Shown here piece after piece: positions 38,165 through 49,772 of a stretch of DNA of 64,000 nt. Made by a program: the position numbers and the translations under genes. Position 1 is the stretch's first letter. Each line of letters opens with the position of its first letter. The notes under the pieces are model-generated. The model searched no databases. It was not told where the DNA came from and saw nothing but the letters and a program-made list of their open reading frames with translations. This stretch comes from Octopus bimaculoides. Taxonomy: Eukaryota. The stretch covers positions 128,133,696 through 128,197,695 of the forward strand of contig NC_068982.1 in the NCBI RefSeq assembly GCF_001194135.2. Direction: 5' to 3'.

Positions 38165-38285
38165 ATGGCTTACCTGAAGTGTTCCTTGATGAACAGATGG
38201 AACTGTTAAGAGCACTAGAAATGTCCAGATTGCAGTACATGAGAGAAACTGGACTTCTCAACATTCCACAAGCAAATTCTGAAAT
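38165..38285 (+). CDS. ANKIB1: ANKIB1 exon: UIM-like motif 2 (DGLPEVFLDEQMELLRALEMSRLQYMRETGLLNIPQANSE)
   Basis: ttttctgttgtAG acceptor (phase 1) and AT|GTATAC donor (phase 2), matching the phase-2 acceptor at 39363; DEQME-L-xx-A-xxx-S UIM pattern. Confidence 0.78.
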
Positions 38286-38951
38286 GTATACTTTTTTCTT
38301 TGTTACTTAATATTAAAGAAAAAATAATAATTTCGTAATATTTATTTTTTGCTATCTGTAATCCATTTCTTCAATAGACATCCAATTGTCCTATCAACTG
38401 AATAATCTACTTAGTGAGTTAGAATTCTTAGTGGCTGTGTTCCAGTAGCATAAATGGAAGCAGGACAGTCTGTCCCAGGCAAGATTTTTGGATCTGCTGT
38501 ATAAGCCAAGCCTGTAAAGTATTATATTTTTTGTTGGGACTCAACTCAAGGGCTGCCCTGGCAGTACACACTTTAGCCATGCCACTGCTGTGTATTCCAC
38601 AAACACATCTTTAACATAATTCTCTAATAGAATTGGTGACATAAGTGTAACATGGTTGGCCCTTAAAATTACAGATTACAGCCTAACTGATGGGCTTCTA
38701 TACAATGTCTGTCTACCCCAAATCTATTCATGGAGCTTGGGTAGAGCCAAAGCTATAGTAAATGTGCTTCTCCCAGATGTTACACATTGGTACTGAACTC
38801 AGGACCACACAGTTGTGGAGCAAAGTTCATATCATTGTGGACAGTTAACTACCTAAAGTGATGTTGAATAATTCAGTACATCTAATGATGATCAGGAATG
38901 GTCATTTGATCAACATAATGTAAATATTGACCTGTGTAATGTAAATATTAA

Positions 38952-39170
38952 CCCTTTAGCATTTAAACTAGCCATATCCGGCCCCAATATTCTACCTGCT
39001 TTATGTTCAAACTGGCCAGATTAGGCCTTTCTCACTTACTCTACAATATTACTTTAAAAATAAACAGTTGCATCATTAAAATCTCAAAGCTACAAGACAA
39101 TGCCTTATTAATTCAGAAGATGTGAATAAATAAGCATTAGACTTGACAGATATATCTGAATGCTAAAGGG
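38952..39170. mobile_element. piggyBac-type MITE (219 bp)
   Basis: Perfect 12-bp TIR CCCTTTAGCATT / AATGCTAAAGGG flanked by TTAA at 38948-51 and 39171-74. Confidence 0.85.
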
Positions 39171-39362
39171 TTAAAGCATTTTTTTATAATCGCTAAAAGT
39201 AATATTCTTGAATTAAAAAAAATAGTAATTTTATTAATAACCCATTAAACAACATTGCTATATTAAATATGTAAATGACTGAGATAGTTCTGTGGCACTG
39301 GAAATTAAATTATTTTAAATATTTCCAAGTAACTTGATTTCAGTTTTATTGTAATTTTCTAG

Positions 39363-39541
39363 TGATATCAACTCCTTAGATGCTCAAGATAATGGTTTCT
39401 CCACTGCTGCTCCTAATCCAGGCTTGAATGAATCTCATGATACCAATATGTCAGAACCATTAACTACTAATCAAACTGACCAAAATTCTACAACTGAATT
39501 CAGCCACCAACTTCAGACCATGCTGTCCAATATTTTAAATG
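39363..39541 (+). CDS. ANKIB1: ANKIB1 exon: low-complexity C-terminal region (DINSLDAQDNGFSTAAPNPG...QTMLSNILN)
   Basis: ttttctAG acceptor, G|GTAATT donor, open frame, phase 2/1 consistent with flanking exons. Confidence 0.78.
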
Positions 39542-39908
39542 GTAATTTTTATTTTTTTATTTCTTTTTTAAATCTTTGCCATCTGATAAATAATTCTTTC
39601 AACTTAATAACTAATTTAGTTGAATTGTAGATCATAGTTGAAAGGCTTGACAATTTATTAGAGAGAAGATCCCCATGAAATACCCTCTTTTGATGATTAT
39701 ATCATGTAATCTAATGAGTAAATTAATGTGCTAAAGAAAACGCCATTGACAACAAGGCTCTGAAATACCTCAAAGGAACAACATATAAAATGCCCTTTGC
39801 TTTTAGAATTAAGTATTTTATGTTATAAGGATGTTTATTTTTTACCATAAAAGATATCATTATTGTTAAAAAGTTTCAGAAATTATCTTCTTCTTCTTCT
39901 TCTTCTTC

Positions 39909-41455
39909 GGCAATGAGCCAGCAAAATCGTTAGGACATAGCACAAAATGCTCGGTAGCATTTTCCTCCAGCTCTGTAAGTTCCGAATTCAAATCTTACCA
40001 AAGATGATTTTGTCTTTCAACCTCTCAGGGTCAGAAAACTATAGTACTAGTCAAGTACCGTGGTTAATGCCATGAGCTAGAATCCTCCCACTAAAACTGC
40101 TAGTCTTATATCAAAATTTGTAACCGTTGTTATTATTAAGGCACCAAGCCGGCAAAATCAATAACGCATCAGACAAAATGCTTAAAGGCATTTCTTTTGA
40201 CTCTTTACATTCTGAGTTCAAATACTCCTAAGGCCAGCTTTGCCTTCAATCATTTCAAGGTCAATAAAATAAAGTACCAATCAAGTACTGTTATCAAGTT
40301 GTTTCCTCCCCTAAAAATTACTGGCCTTGTGTCTGAATTAGAAATTATTATTATTGAGGGGAAGGAATTAGTCAATACCCCTGACTCCAGCAGTTGACTG
40401 GTAACTTTATTTTATCAACCTAGGAGGGATGAAAGGTAAATTTGACCTCAGCAGGATTTGAACCCCAAATGTAAAGAGCCAGAAGAAATTTTACAAAGCA
40501 GCATCAGAAAAAGTGCCTTGTGGTGTTTGCCTCAGTTCTTTACATTCTAGGTCAAAATCATATGAAAGTCAACTTTTCCCTTCAGCCTTCCAGGGTCAAA
40601 TAAAAGAAAATACTAGTCAGGCACTGGGGTCAATGGTATCAACCCCTTCCCCACAAAATTGCTGCCCTTGTTCCAAATTTGTAGCCGCCTGCTGGCAAAT
40701 TTTTAGAAAAGGTGGTGAGCTGGCATAATCAGCATGTCAGACAAAACGCTTAGTGGCAGTTCATCCTTTCAGGGTCGATGAAATAAGTAGCAGTTAAACA
40801 CTGGGGCGGGGGGTGACGTAATCGACTTAAACCTTCCCCCAAAATTCCTGGTCTTGAGTCTAACCTTAGAACCATTCTTATTTTATGGTGGTGATTGGTG
40901 AGCTGGCAGAATTGTAGCATGCCAGGCAAAATTCTTCTGACTCTTTACATTCTGAATTCAGATTCTGCCGAGGTCACCTTTGCCTTTCATTCTTTTGAGT
41001 TTGATGTAATAAGTACCAACTGAACACTGGGGTCAATGTAATCAATTAGATCCCCTTCCCAGTACCTCCTGACTGGCCTTCGTGCCGGTGGCACGTAAAA
41101 AGCACCCAGTATACTCTCGGAGTGGTTGGCATTAGGAAGGGCATCCAGCTGTAGAAACCCTGCCAAATCAGATTGGAGCCAGGTGTAACCATCTGGTTCA
41201 CCAGTCCTCAGTCAAATCGTCCAGCCCGTGCTAGCATGGAAAGCGGATATTAAATGACGATGATGATTATTAAGGTGGCAAGCTGGAAGAATTGTTAGCA
41301 CATCAGACAAAGCACTTAGTGGCATTTCTTGAGTTCAAATCCTGCTGAAGTTAACTTTATCTTTCATGTTTTCGGGGTCAATGTAATTGACTATCCCACT
41401 CCACCCCCACAATAATTGCTGGCCTTGTGCTAAAATTAGAATCATTATTATTATT
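39909..41455 (+). mobile_element. Cluster of about 7 family A SINE copies (six +, one - at about 40356-40500) plus an RTE tail
   Basis: Repeated head/core/tail motifs separated by short (ATT)n or (CTT)n tracts. Confidence 0.85.
41059..41270 (+). mobile_element. Severely 5'-truncated RTE copy (3'UTR only) inserted within the SINE cluster
   Basis: ccagtacctcctgactggccttcgtg...aggaagggcatccagctgtagaaac...gctagcatggaaagcgg...gatgatgat matches 1-263. Confidence 0.85.
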
Positions 41456-41913
41456 TTGCTATTATTTATCACTAAGCTCTTTTTTATAGTGTAGCTCTGA
41501 GCCTGCAGACCTATGAATAGTTACATTTCAACCTCAAGCATCTCATCTTTTCTCATACAGTCTATCTTGAACTACATTATCTAACAGGTTTTTTGTTTGA
41601 AAGACAATAGGGTGTGATTTGAAGGCAATATAGCTCTTATTTCTGGTGAGCCAAATGACCACGCAATGGAGCTCATTGACTTCATTCAATTTTGTCAAGT
41701 AAAACACAATTTGAATTGTCAGATTTTAACCTGCGAAAAGTCCCTCTATTACGACTCTAAAATGGGACTATTACATTTAAGTATCTCACTTTATGTAACC
41801 TTTAGACATAGCCATTATGAGATAGCTATTTAAAGAATCCTAGGAAATGTTTAAATTTATTGACCTGATCAATCAACTCATCAGAAAGTTTTTAAAATTT
41901 TCAATGTGTATTT

Positions 41914-43782
41914 CAATGACTGGTGTAGCAGCATCATAGTCAACTGCTACAAAGGTAAAGGTGACGCTTTAGATACAAATAATTACAGAGGCATCAAGCT
42001 GTTAGATCAGGTTATGAAAGTTACAGAGAGGGTCATAGCCCAACTAATTAGGGAGCGAATCAATTTAGATGAGATGCAGTTTGGGTTTGTGCCAGGTAAA
42101 AGCACTACTGATGCCTTATTTCTAGTGAGACAGCTGAAGGAGAAATACCTAGCTAAGGATAAACCTCTGTACCTGGCTTTCGTTGACATGGAGAAAGCCT
42201 TTGACAGGGTCCCCCGATCCCTTATCTGGTGGTCAATGAGGAAACTTGGGATAGAAGAATGGTTAGTGAGAGCTGTGCGAGCCATGTACAGAGATGCTGC
42301 CAGTAAGGTGAGGGTTGGAAATGAGTACAGCAATGAATTCTGNNNNNNNNNNNNNNNNNNNNNNNNNNNNNNNNNNNNNNNNNNNNNNNNNNNNNNNNNN
42401 NNNNNNNNNNNNNNNNNNNNNNNNNNNNNNNNNNNNNNNNNNNNNNNNNNNNNNNNNNNNNNNNNNNNNNNNNNNNNNNNNNNNNNNNNNNNNNNNNNNN
42501 NNNNNNNNNNNNNNNNNNNNNNNNNNNNNNNNNNNNNNNNNNNNNNNNNNNNNNNNNNNNNNNNNNNNNNNNNNNNNNNNNNNNNNNNNNNNNNNNNNNN
42601 NNNNNNNNNNNNNNNNNNNNNNNNNNNNNNNNNNNNNNNNNNNNNNNNNNNNNNNNNNNNNNNNNNNNNNNNNNNNNNNNNNNNNNNNNNNNNNNNNNNN
42701 NNNNNNNNNNNNNNNNNNNNNNNNNNNNNNNNNNNNNNNNNNNNNNNNNNNNNNNNNNNNNNNNNNNNNNNNNNNNNNNNNNNNNNNNNNNNNNNNNNNN
42801 NNNNNNNNNNNNNNNNNNNNNNNNNNNNNNNNNNNNNNNNNNNNNNNNNNNNNNNNNNNNNNNNNNNNNNNNNNNNNNNNNNNNNNNNNNNNNNNNNNNN
42901 NNNNNNNNNNNNNNNNNNNNNNNNNNNNNNNNNNNNNNNNNNNNNNNNNNNNNNNNNNNNNNNNNNNNNNNNNNNNNNNNNNNNNNNNNNNNNNNNNNNN
43001 NNNNNNNNNNNNNNNNNNNNNNNNNNNNNNNNNNNNNNNNNNNNNNNNNNNNNNNNNNNNNNNNNNNNNNNNNNNNNNNNNNNNNNNNNNNNNNNNNNNN
43101 NNNNNNNNNNNNNNNNNNNNNNNNNNNNNNNNNNNNNNNNNNNNNNNNNNNNNNNNNNNNNNNNNNNNNNNNNNNNNNNNNNNNNNNNNNNNNNNNNNNN
43201 NNNNNNNGTATGGACATGTGGTGAGAATGGATGAGGATAGCTGCGTGAAAAAGTGCCACACCCTAACAGTTGAGGGAACCCGTGGAAGAGGTAGGCCCAG
43301 GAAGACCTGGGCTGAGGTGGTGAGGCAAGACCTTCGAACATTGGGCCTCACCGAGGCGATGACTACTAACCGAGACCTTTGGAAATGTGCTGAGCGTGAG
43401 AAGACCCAGCAAGCCAAGTAAGATAGTTGCCAGTGCCCCTGGACTGGCACATGAGATGCACCATTTTGAGCGTGGCCGTTGCCAGTACCGCCTGACTGGC
43501 TCCCGTAGGATTTTCAAGCGAGATTGTTGCCAGTGCCCCTGGACTGGCTTGTGCGGGTGGCACATAAAAGACACCATTTCGAGCGTGGCCGTTTTCGTGC
43601 GGGTGACACGTAAAAGCACCCACTACACTCTCTGAGTGGTTGGCGTTAGGAAGGGCATCCAGCTGTAGAAACTCTGCCAAATTAGATTGGAGCCTGGTGT
43701 TGCCATCCGGTTTCACCAGTCTTCAGTCAAATCGTCCAACCCATGCTAGCATGGAAAGCGGACGTTAGACGATGATGATGAT
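41914..43782 (+). mobile_element. 5'-truncated RTE-clade LINE (RT domain, 3'UTR, GAT tail) spanning an 865-N gap
   Basis: NYRGIKLL, QFGFVPGKSTTDA, LAFVDMEKAFDRVP before the gap; YGHVVRM...RGRGRPRKTW...NRDLW after it; stop at 43421; ends in (GAT)n. Known parts have no stops, suggesting a young copy. Confidence 0.92.
42343..43207. other. Assembly gap (865 N) inside the RTE RT domain
   Basis: Direct reading. Confidence 1.
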
Positions 43783-44103
43783 ATAAAAATAAAAACATAA
43801 GTACTCTTTCTTCTTTCAAAATACAGACCATTACCACTTAAAAGTTAATTTTAGAAAGAGACCTCTTACTTAATTACTCCATGCAAATTCTTCACCTTTC
43901 CTGAATTTAAGGAATATATCTATGTGTAATTAATGATTTGGCTGATAATCTACAATACACATGCAAGTAATAGGTCGCTCTGTAAATCTGAGCAGTTATA
44001 TATCTGTGCTAGTAGAGGAAAACAAAAATGATTAAAATAGAGAAACTAAATTAAATTCAGCTTGTGTTGCTCATGAAAATTTCTTACGGTCTTATTCTTT
44101 CAG

Positions 44104-45011
44104 AAGCTGTAGAACAAATGCAGTCTAATTCCTCTGATGTGTGGGTTAAGAGAGATTTGTCCAAAACAGAAAATGTGGATCCTGCAACACCAGTAAAAAG
44201 TCCTAGCAGCAATGAGAACATCCTTTCAAGATCCTGTAATTCCAAAATGTCATTACAATCCGAAATTGCAACTGAAGAACTCGAGCAACTCGGAGCTTAT
44301 GCAGGAGCCCAAACAAAACCACTACCCGTATCACCCCCCTCCACTAACTCTTGTTTTGGTATTATAAAGGATTTATCAGTAACAAATATCCTTGCTACAG
44401 ATGAGGATAAGACCAATAGCTTTTTGAATAAAGACTTCAGTTTTGGCATGAAAAAAAATGAAATTAGCACCCAATTTCAAGATGCTTCAATCTCTCAGAG
44501 TCGTTCAAAATCTTTTGACAGTTCAACCGAGTTAAATCAGTCATTAGATATTTCAGCTAATAACTGTTTAAAAAAAGTTGAAATGACTGCTGACTGTAGT
44601 GATGGAGAGAATGAGAAGCCTACAGGTAAATCAAACTTTGTTGAGAAAGCCCAAAATACAGTAAAACATTTCGACACAGATTGTGTGTCTTTGTTAGAAA
44701 TATCACAAAATTTATTACACATGACTGAGTCATTATTCGAAAATAGTGAGCAAGATATTGCAGTTGATTCATCCACAGAAGGTCCTAATGAAACCAACAC
44801 ATTTAAATCACCAGAAGCAAGTACCAGAGACTTAATTGTTAACGATCTAAACACAGTGAGGAATGGTAATGAAGATCAGGTGGATGAAGGTTATGGTAAC
44901 CAATGCACTGCTTCCTGTGATCCAGCAGTGAGCCAAGAGGTAACTACAAGACCAAATAACACTACCAAAGACCACAATGAGGAAAGCAATGGCCAATATT
45001 TTTCTGTTTAA
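44104..45011 (+). CDS. ANKIB1: ANKIB1 terminal coding exon: about 300 aa acidic Ser/Thr/Asn-rich tail ending ...SNGQYFSV*
   Basis: cttattctttcAG acceptor at 44102-03; phase-1 entry falls in the frame of the long ORF 44064..45011; TAA stop at 45009-45011. Confidence 0.8.
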
Positions 45012-45390
45012 TGTATTTCTTTGAGAAGGAAAAAAAAAAAAGAACAAAAAAAAAAAAACATGCCTAGCATTGAAATTGGTGAATGGGTTCTATAGAGTAT
45101 GGAAATTTAGAATGTAATGCTTTTGAAAATAATATTGCATGTGGCCTGCATTTCTTAATTTTGAAAAAAGGTTTTTAATGGTTGTAGAAGGCATTCATGT
45201 CGGTAAACTTAAAAACATTTACCTCAATTGTGATTTTTGTATTGTTGATATTATATCAAAACTTGTTGTGTACAAACAAACCCTATATATATGTTTCAAA
45301 TTTGATGAGAATCTAGACTGCAATATACCACCTATTTTGATACCAGCCTCTGTTTCTATGGTCATTCATATTTTTGCATTTTGGTGAAGA

Positions 45391-45396
45391 AATAAA
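45391..45396 (+). promoter_or_regulatory. Candidate polyadenylation signal for ANKIB1
   Basis: AATAAA about 380 nt after the stop, followed by T-rich sequence; the hexamer is common in AT-rich DNA. Confidence 0.25.
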
Positions 45397-46509
45397 ACTA
45401 TCTCTCATTATTGCCAAGTTTTTCCCCCCCCAAGTCACTCATTTTCTCTGTTTACTCAAAAGTAATCAAAGTAAAAATACTCTTAACTTTGTTTTCTGTT
45501 GATCTGTTATTTCATCTTCTAATGCCAAAAGGTGATCAATTAACAATCTAATATTAGCATCATCATTATTCATGAACTGTAAGAGATTTACTCCCTTGGT
45601 ATGGAGTATTCTGTCTTTATATCTTTATAAACTAGTACATTTCTTGACTCAATAGAATATCTTTCTCAAACACACCTTGTTCTCCTCCTTTATGTCATCC
45701 ATGTAATGCTATAAAATCTGAATTTAAGCACCAGTTCATAAGGGGGAAACAGACTACATTATTACATTGAAACTGTGTAGAAATAGACAACCATCGAGAT
45801 TAGCAGGAAGAAGGAATTATTGTTGAGAGAGTCAATGACACTTCAAATATTTGCAGATAGCAAGAAGAATAAAGATAGTTTTGATTTGAAGGATGAAGGT
45901 AAATGTTGTGTTATTAGAAATGGGATATATGTTCTGATATATTGTAAAGAACCAGAAATTTTAGTTTTATTAATGATAATTGACTAAATATTAGAAAAGA
46001 AGTGAAAGACATAAAACAAGTTGGGGATTGAAAAAAAATGGCATTATCACAGATCAAAGAGAATATTAGATCCAAGGTATTTCGTTTAGAATATAGGGAA
46101 GTTTAGCTAGAAAAATCACATCCTTCTGTAAAAGTTTTTTTTTTCTTTTAATCGGTTTGATCTAGAAGTAGTTGTGCCCATAGTCTGTGCAGGCTCCCCT
46201 AGACCAATGAGATAAATAATGTTAATACTACTATTACATAGCTGACAGCTGCAGAAAATACATGGGCAGAGGTGGAAATTCCAAAGTCAACAGTCTAGAT
46301 GGAAAGGACTCAATGTAGGGGTTAGTCAGACCCAGAAAACAACGTGATGAGAAGGAGAGCAAGTGAATTGGGAATGGAGGCAGCATGAGATCAGCCAATT
46401 CTTGGGGAGTAAAAGGCATCATACTAACAGGTGAGAAAGCAGAGTGAGGAGACTACACATTTACAGGACAAAAGCTAGAGTATGCCAATCAGGTGAGCAA
46501 AATTTATTT

Positions 46510-47138
46510 GGAAAGGTGTAGGTAGAAACTCCATAAGATGTACCCTACCCAGTGTAAGCTATGGCACATAAGAGGTGCAGCAATATCAAAGGAAGGCTAA
46601 CTGGGAAGATAATTTTTGTTTGTGGCAAATGCTCAGGGGCAATAAACACTGAAAATATGCAGAAACAGTTTCCGTCACATGCCAGGGAAAAAAAACCAGT
46701 AGTTGAGAGCTTCCATTATCTAGGTGACCAAATCAGGGTGGATGCTCTGAGAATGTAGCTGCTAGAATAAGAATAGCCTGGGCAAAGTTCAGCGAGCTCC
46801 TACCTCTGCTGGTGACAAAAGGCCTCTCGCTCAGAGTAAAAGGTAGACTGTATGATGTACGTGTGCAAGCAGCCATGCTACATGGCAGTGAAACATGGGA
46901 TGTGACTGCTGAGGGTATGCATAAGCTTGCAAGAAATAAAGCTAGTATGCTCTGCTGGGTGTGTAATGTCAGTGTGCATACACGACAGAGTGTAAGTGCC
47001 CTGAGAGAAAAGTTGGACATAAGAAACATCAGATGTGGTTTTAAGAGAGACGACTGTGCTGGTATGATCATGTGTTGCATATGGATGACAGCAGCTGTGT
47101 AAAAAAGTGTCACACCTTAGCAATAGAAGGAAACTGAG
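46510..47138 (+). mobile_element. Degraded RTE LINE fragment (C-terminal RT region)
   Basis: HKRCSNIKGRL..FVCGKC, FHYLGDQI, ARIRIAWAKF, KGRLYDVRVQAAMLHGSETW; same family as 41914-43782. Confidence 0.85.
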
Positions 47139-47139
47139 A

Positions 47140-48900
47140 AATGATTAGGAATTATTTCTGCTGTTAAATGTGACAAAGATTGGTATCAAGGTTATGTATG
47201 GATGAAGCTTGAATGCAGAAGTTTAGGGGAGGAGGAAGAGTATGAGAGACAAAACCGAACCTTGGAGCACACCATTTGTAACAGTGGATTAGAAAAAGAT
47301 TCTTAAACTTACATTGAGCTGTCATCTGACAGGAAGCAAACAATCCTAGAGATGAATGGATTTTATAGACTGGCAGTTTCGCTTAAGGATTCACAGGTCA
47401 GACACATAGCTGAATGTGTTACTGAGGCAACAACTATTCCCAACAAATTTCCCAAATGGAGGTGGGAGTACTGCTTAGTAATAGAGAAGAAAAGTTCACC
47501 AGTAGGTCTGATATTATGAAAGTATATAGTGGTGGTCATTAAGAAAGAAATATGTTTCAAGATTTTGGAGAGGGGTATAGGTAATGGCTAACTCCCTCAA
47601 CTTTGAGATGTTGGAAATGAGTGCAATATGTTGATAGTTGGGTGGGTTTTCTTGAGAATGGATCAAAATTATAGGATATTTCCAATGATCAAGATATCAT
47701 TGTAGAGAGAGATATTGATCTTTGAGTTTAGTGAGGATAGGGGCATTGATTGTCAGCACTAGTAGCCTTGTTGGTTTGAAATGAGCAAAGATGCTTTCAC
47801 ACTTGGTATGTATCTGTATGTGGTGGTTAGCCTGGTCGAGTGGAAAGCAATAGTTTTGGAGAAGATTTAATGCATAGAGTTAGATACAAAATGGGTTGCA
47901 AATGAGGAGGCTTTTGCTACAGGAGCACCATTAACAGAACTATTATTGTTTAGAAGTGGAAGGCAAAGGATTCTGTAATGTATGAAATACTTTTGACAAG
48001 GGACTAAAAAGAATGGCAGCATTTTTAAAGAAACATCCTTTTGAAGATGATCCTGAAGGAATTATAGTGCATATTAAAAGATGCATGGGTGAGTTCCTGC
48101 AAGTAATGTAGGCCATGTTCTTTGTTTCAACTGCTATAGTGTAGCTGTATAAGCTATAAGTGATCCACTTGAAGGATTTGGGGTGGTGAGATTTCGATAT
48201 GGATGAAATGTGTAAGGACAAACCTAAAAAATTAATGAATTAAAAATTGTCTTTAGTTTTATGTCCAGGTAAAATTACTACCTGTTTTTATAGCAAGTTG
48301 ATGCAGGTAGTTTATCCCTTTTCCCCTCAGGCTCCCAGTTCATGCAATTGAAAAAAAAAAACATTTATGGGATGACCAATAATTAGTAAACTTAATAACT
48401 AGCCTAACCTAATGTGTTAAATCCTCTTACAATATGATCATCATCATGAATTAACATCCGTTTTTTCCATACTGGCATGGGCCAGACAGTTTGACAGGAG
48501 CTGGAAAGCCAGAGGGTTAGATGAAGTATATATACTGACAGGAGTAGTTACGTTAGAACTGAAAGAACTCCAATCACTGGGATATCTTTTAGTACCATAG
48601 GACCCAAGAGATGTTACCTAGATTGTGGATGAGTAGTGAAGATAAGGCAAGAGTCCTGCAGATTCAAGAGTTGCAGAGAAAGTGATAGTTTGATAAAAGA
48701 TAGGTTTGGAGGTGAGATCAAGCATGTTTGAAATATGTGTGTGCCAGTCAAGGATTATAAGTAGGGGACAAAATGCATAAAATACATTAATGTAGAGAGT
48801 TGAGGATTGTGAAAGAATCAGAATGAGATGAATATGCGAAAGCCAATAAACATCTTATCATCAGAGTTTACATTCATGAAAGATTTTTATCAGTGTATTA
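47140..48900 (-). mobile_element. Old CR1/L2-group LINE remnant (RT and part of the endonuclease), interrupted at 48267-48518
   Basis: Minus-strand motifs NGVLQGSVLSLILFLL, FLSD.S and KA..FATHFVSNS; heavily mutated, boundaries approximate. Confidence 0.55.
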
Positions 48901-49772
48901 CTTAATGTAGGTCAACAGCTTATCACTTTTTGGAAGCCAGACTGATCAAAAAAGATGGAAAGAGAGGAGAATCTATTATAAAAAATAAAAAGTTAGTTTT
49001 GCTAATAAGAGAAAAACAAATTAAAAAAATAAAAATTTTTACTCTAGTTTTCTAATTAATAAAAAGGTTGATAAATGTAAAGCAAAGTAACAAGATTTGG
49101 AATTGCTATCATCAATGTCGGTATTAAAACTAGAAAATTAAAGATGATTTCTGATTCATTACCTTTTTCTTTTAATGTATTTCTCTTGTTTTGACCAATT
49201 TTGACTGTCACATTCGTAAAATATTTCAGTAATTATTTCTTCCTTTTTCAATCTGTCAGTTATCAATCTAACAAGATAATTAATGTTCCGTGGTTTAGTG
49301 TATCCATCAACAGATGACCACTACTACTATGGACAAATACAAAGAGAAAATTCCAAAATGCAATTTGAATATTGAAGCATGGCCACATGGTTAAGAAGCT
49401 TGTTTTGCAACCATGTGGTGTCTTGGGCCAATGTCTTCTACCAAGCCTATGAATGCTTTGTTTGTGGAAGTCCATTATAAATATATGTGTGTGTGTGTGT
49501 GCATGTGTTTGTGTTGTTTTTGCCTGCCACCACTTGACAACCAATATTGATTTGTTTACATCTCAATAATTCAGCAGTTCAACAAAAAAAAAAAATCAAA
49601 AGAATAAGTATCAGACCTGAAAGGAAGGGAAGTACTATAGGCACAGGTGTGGCTGTGGTAAGAAGCTTTCTTTCAGGCCAACGAAAGCATTGTGAGTGGA
49701 TTTGGTGGACAGAAACTGAAAGAAGTCCATCGTATATGTGTGTAACATCTGCCTTCCATATCATTAATAGTA

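Noticed and set aside
41906-43450. 345-444 aa ORFs on both strands
   Set aside because: Length is an artefact of 865 Ns; only the + strand RT pieces are real and they belong to the RTE LINE.
44537-44854. 105-aa antisense ORF
   Set aside because: Shadow of the ANKIB1 terminal exon; no independent signal.
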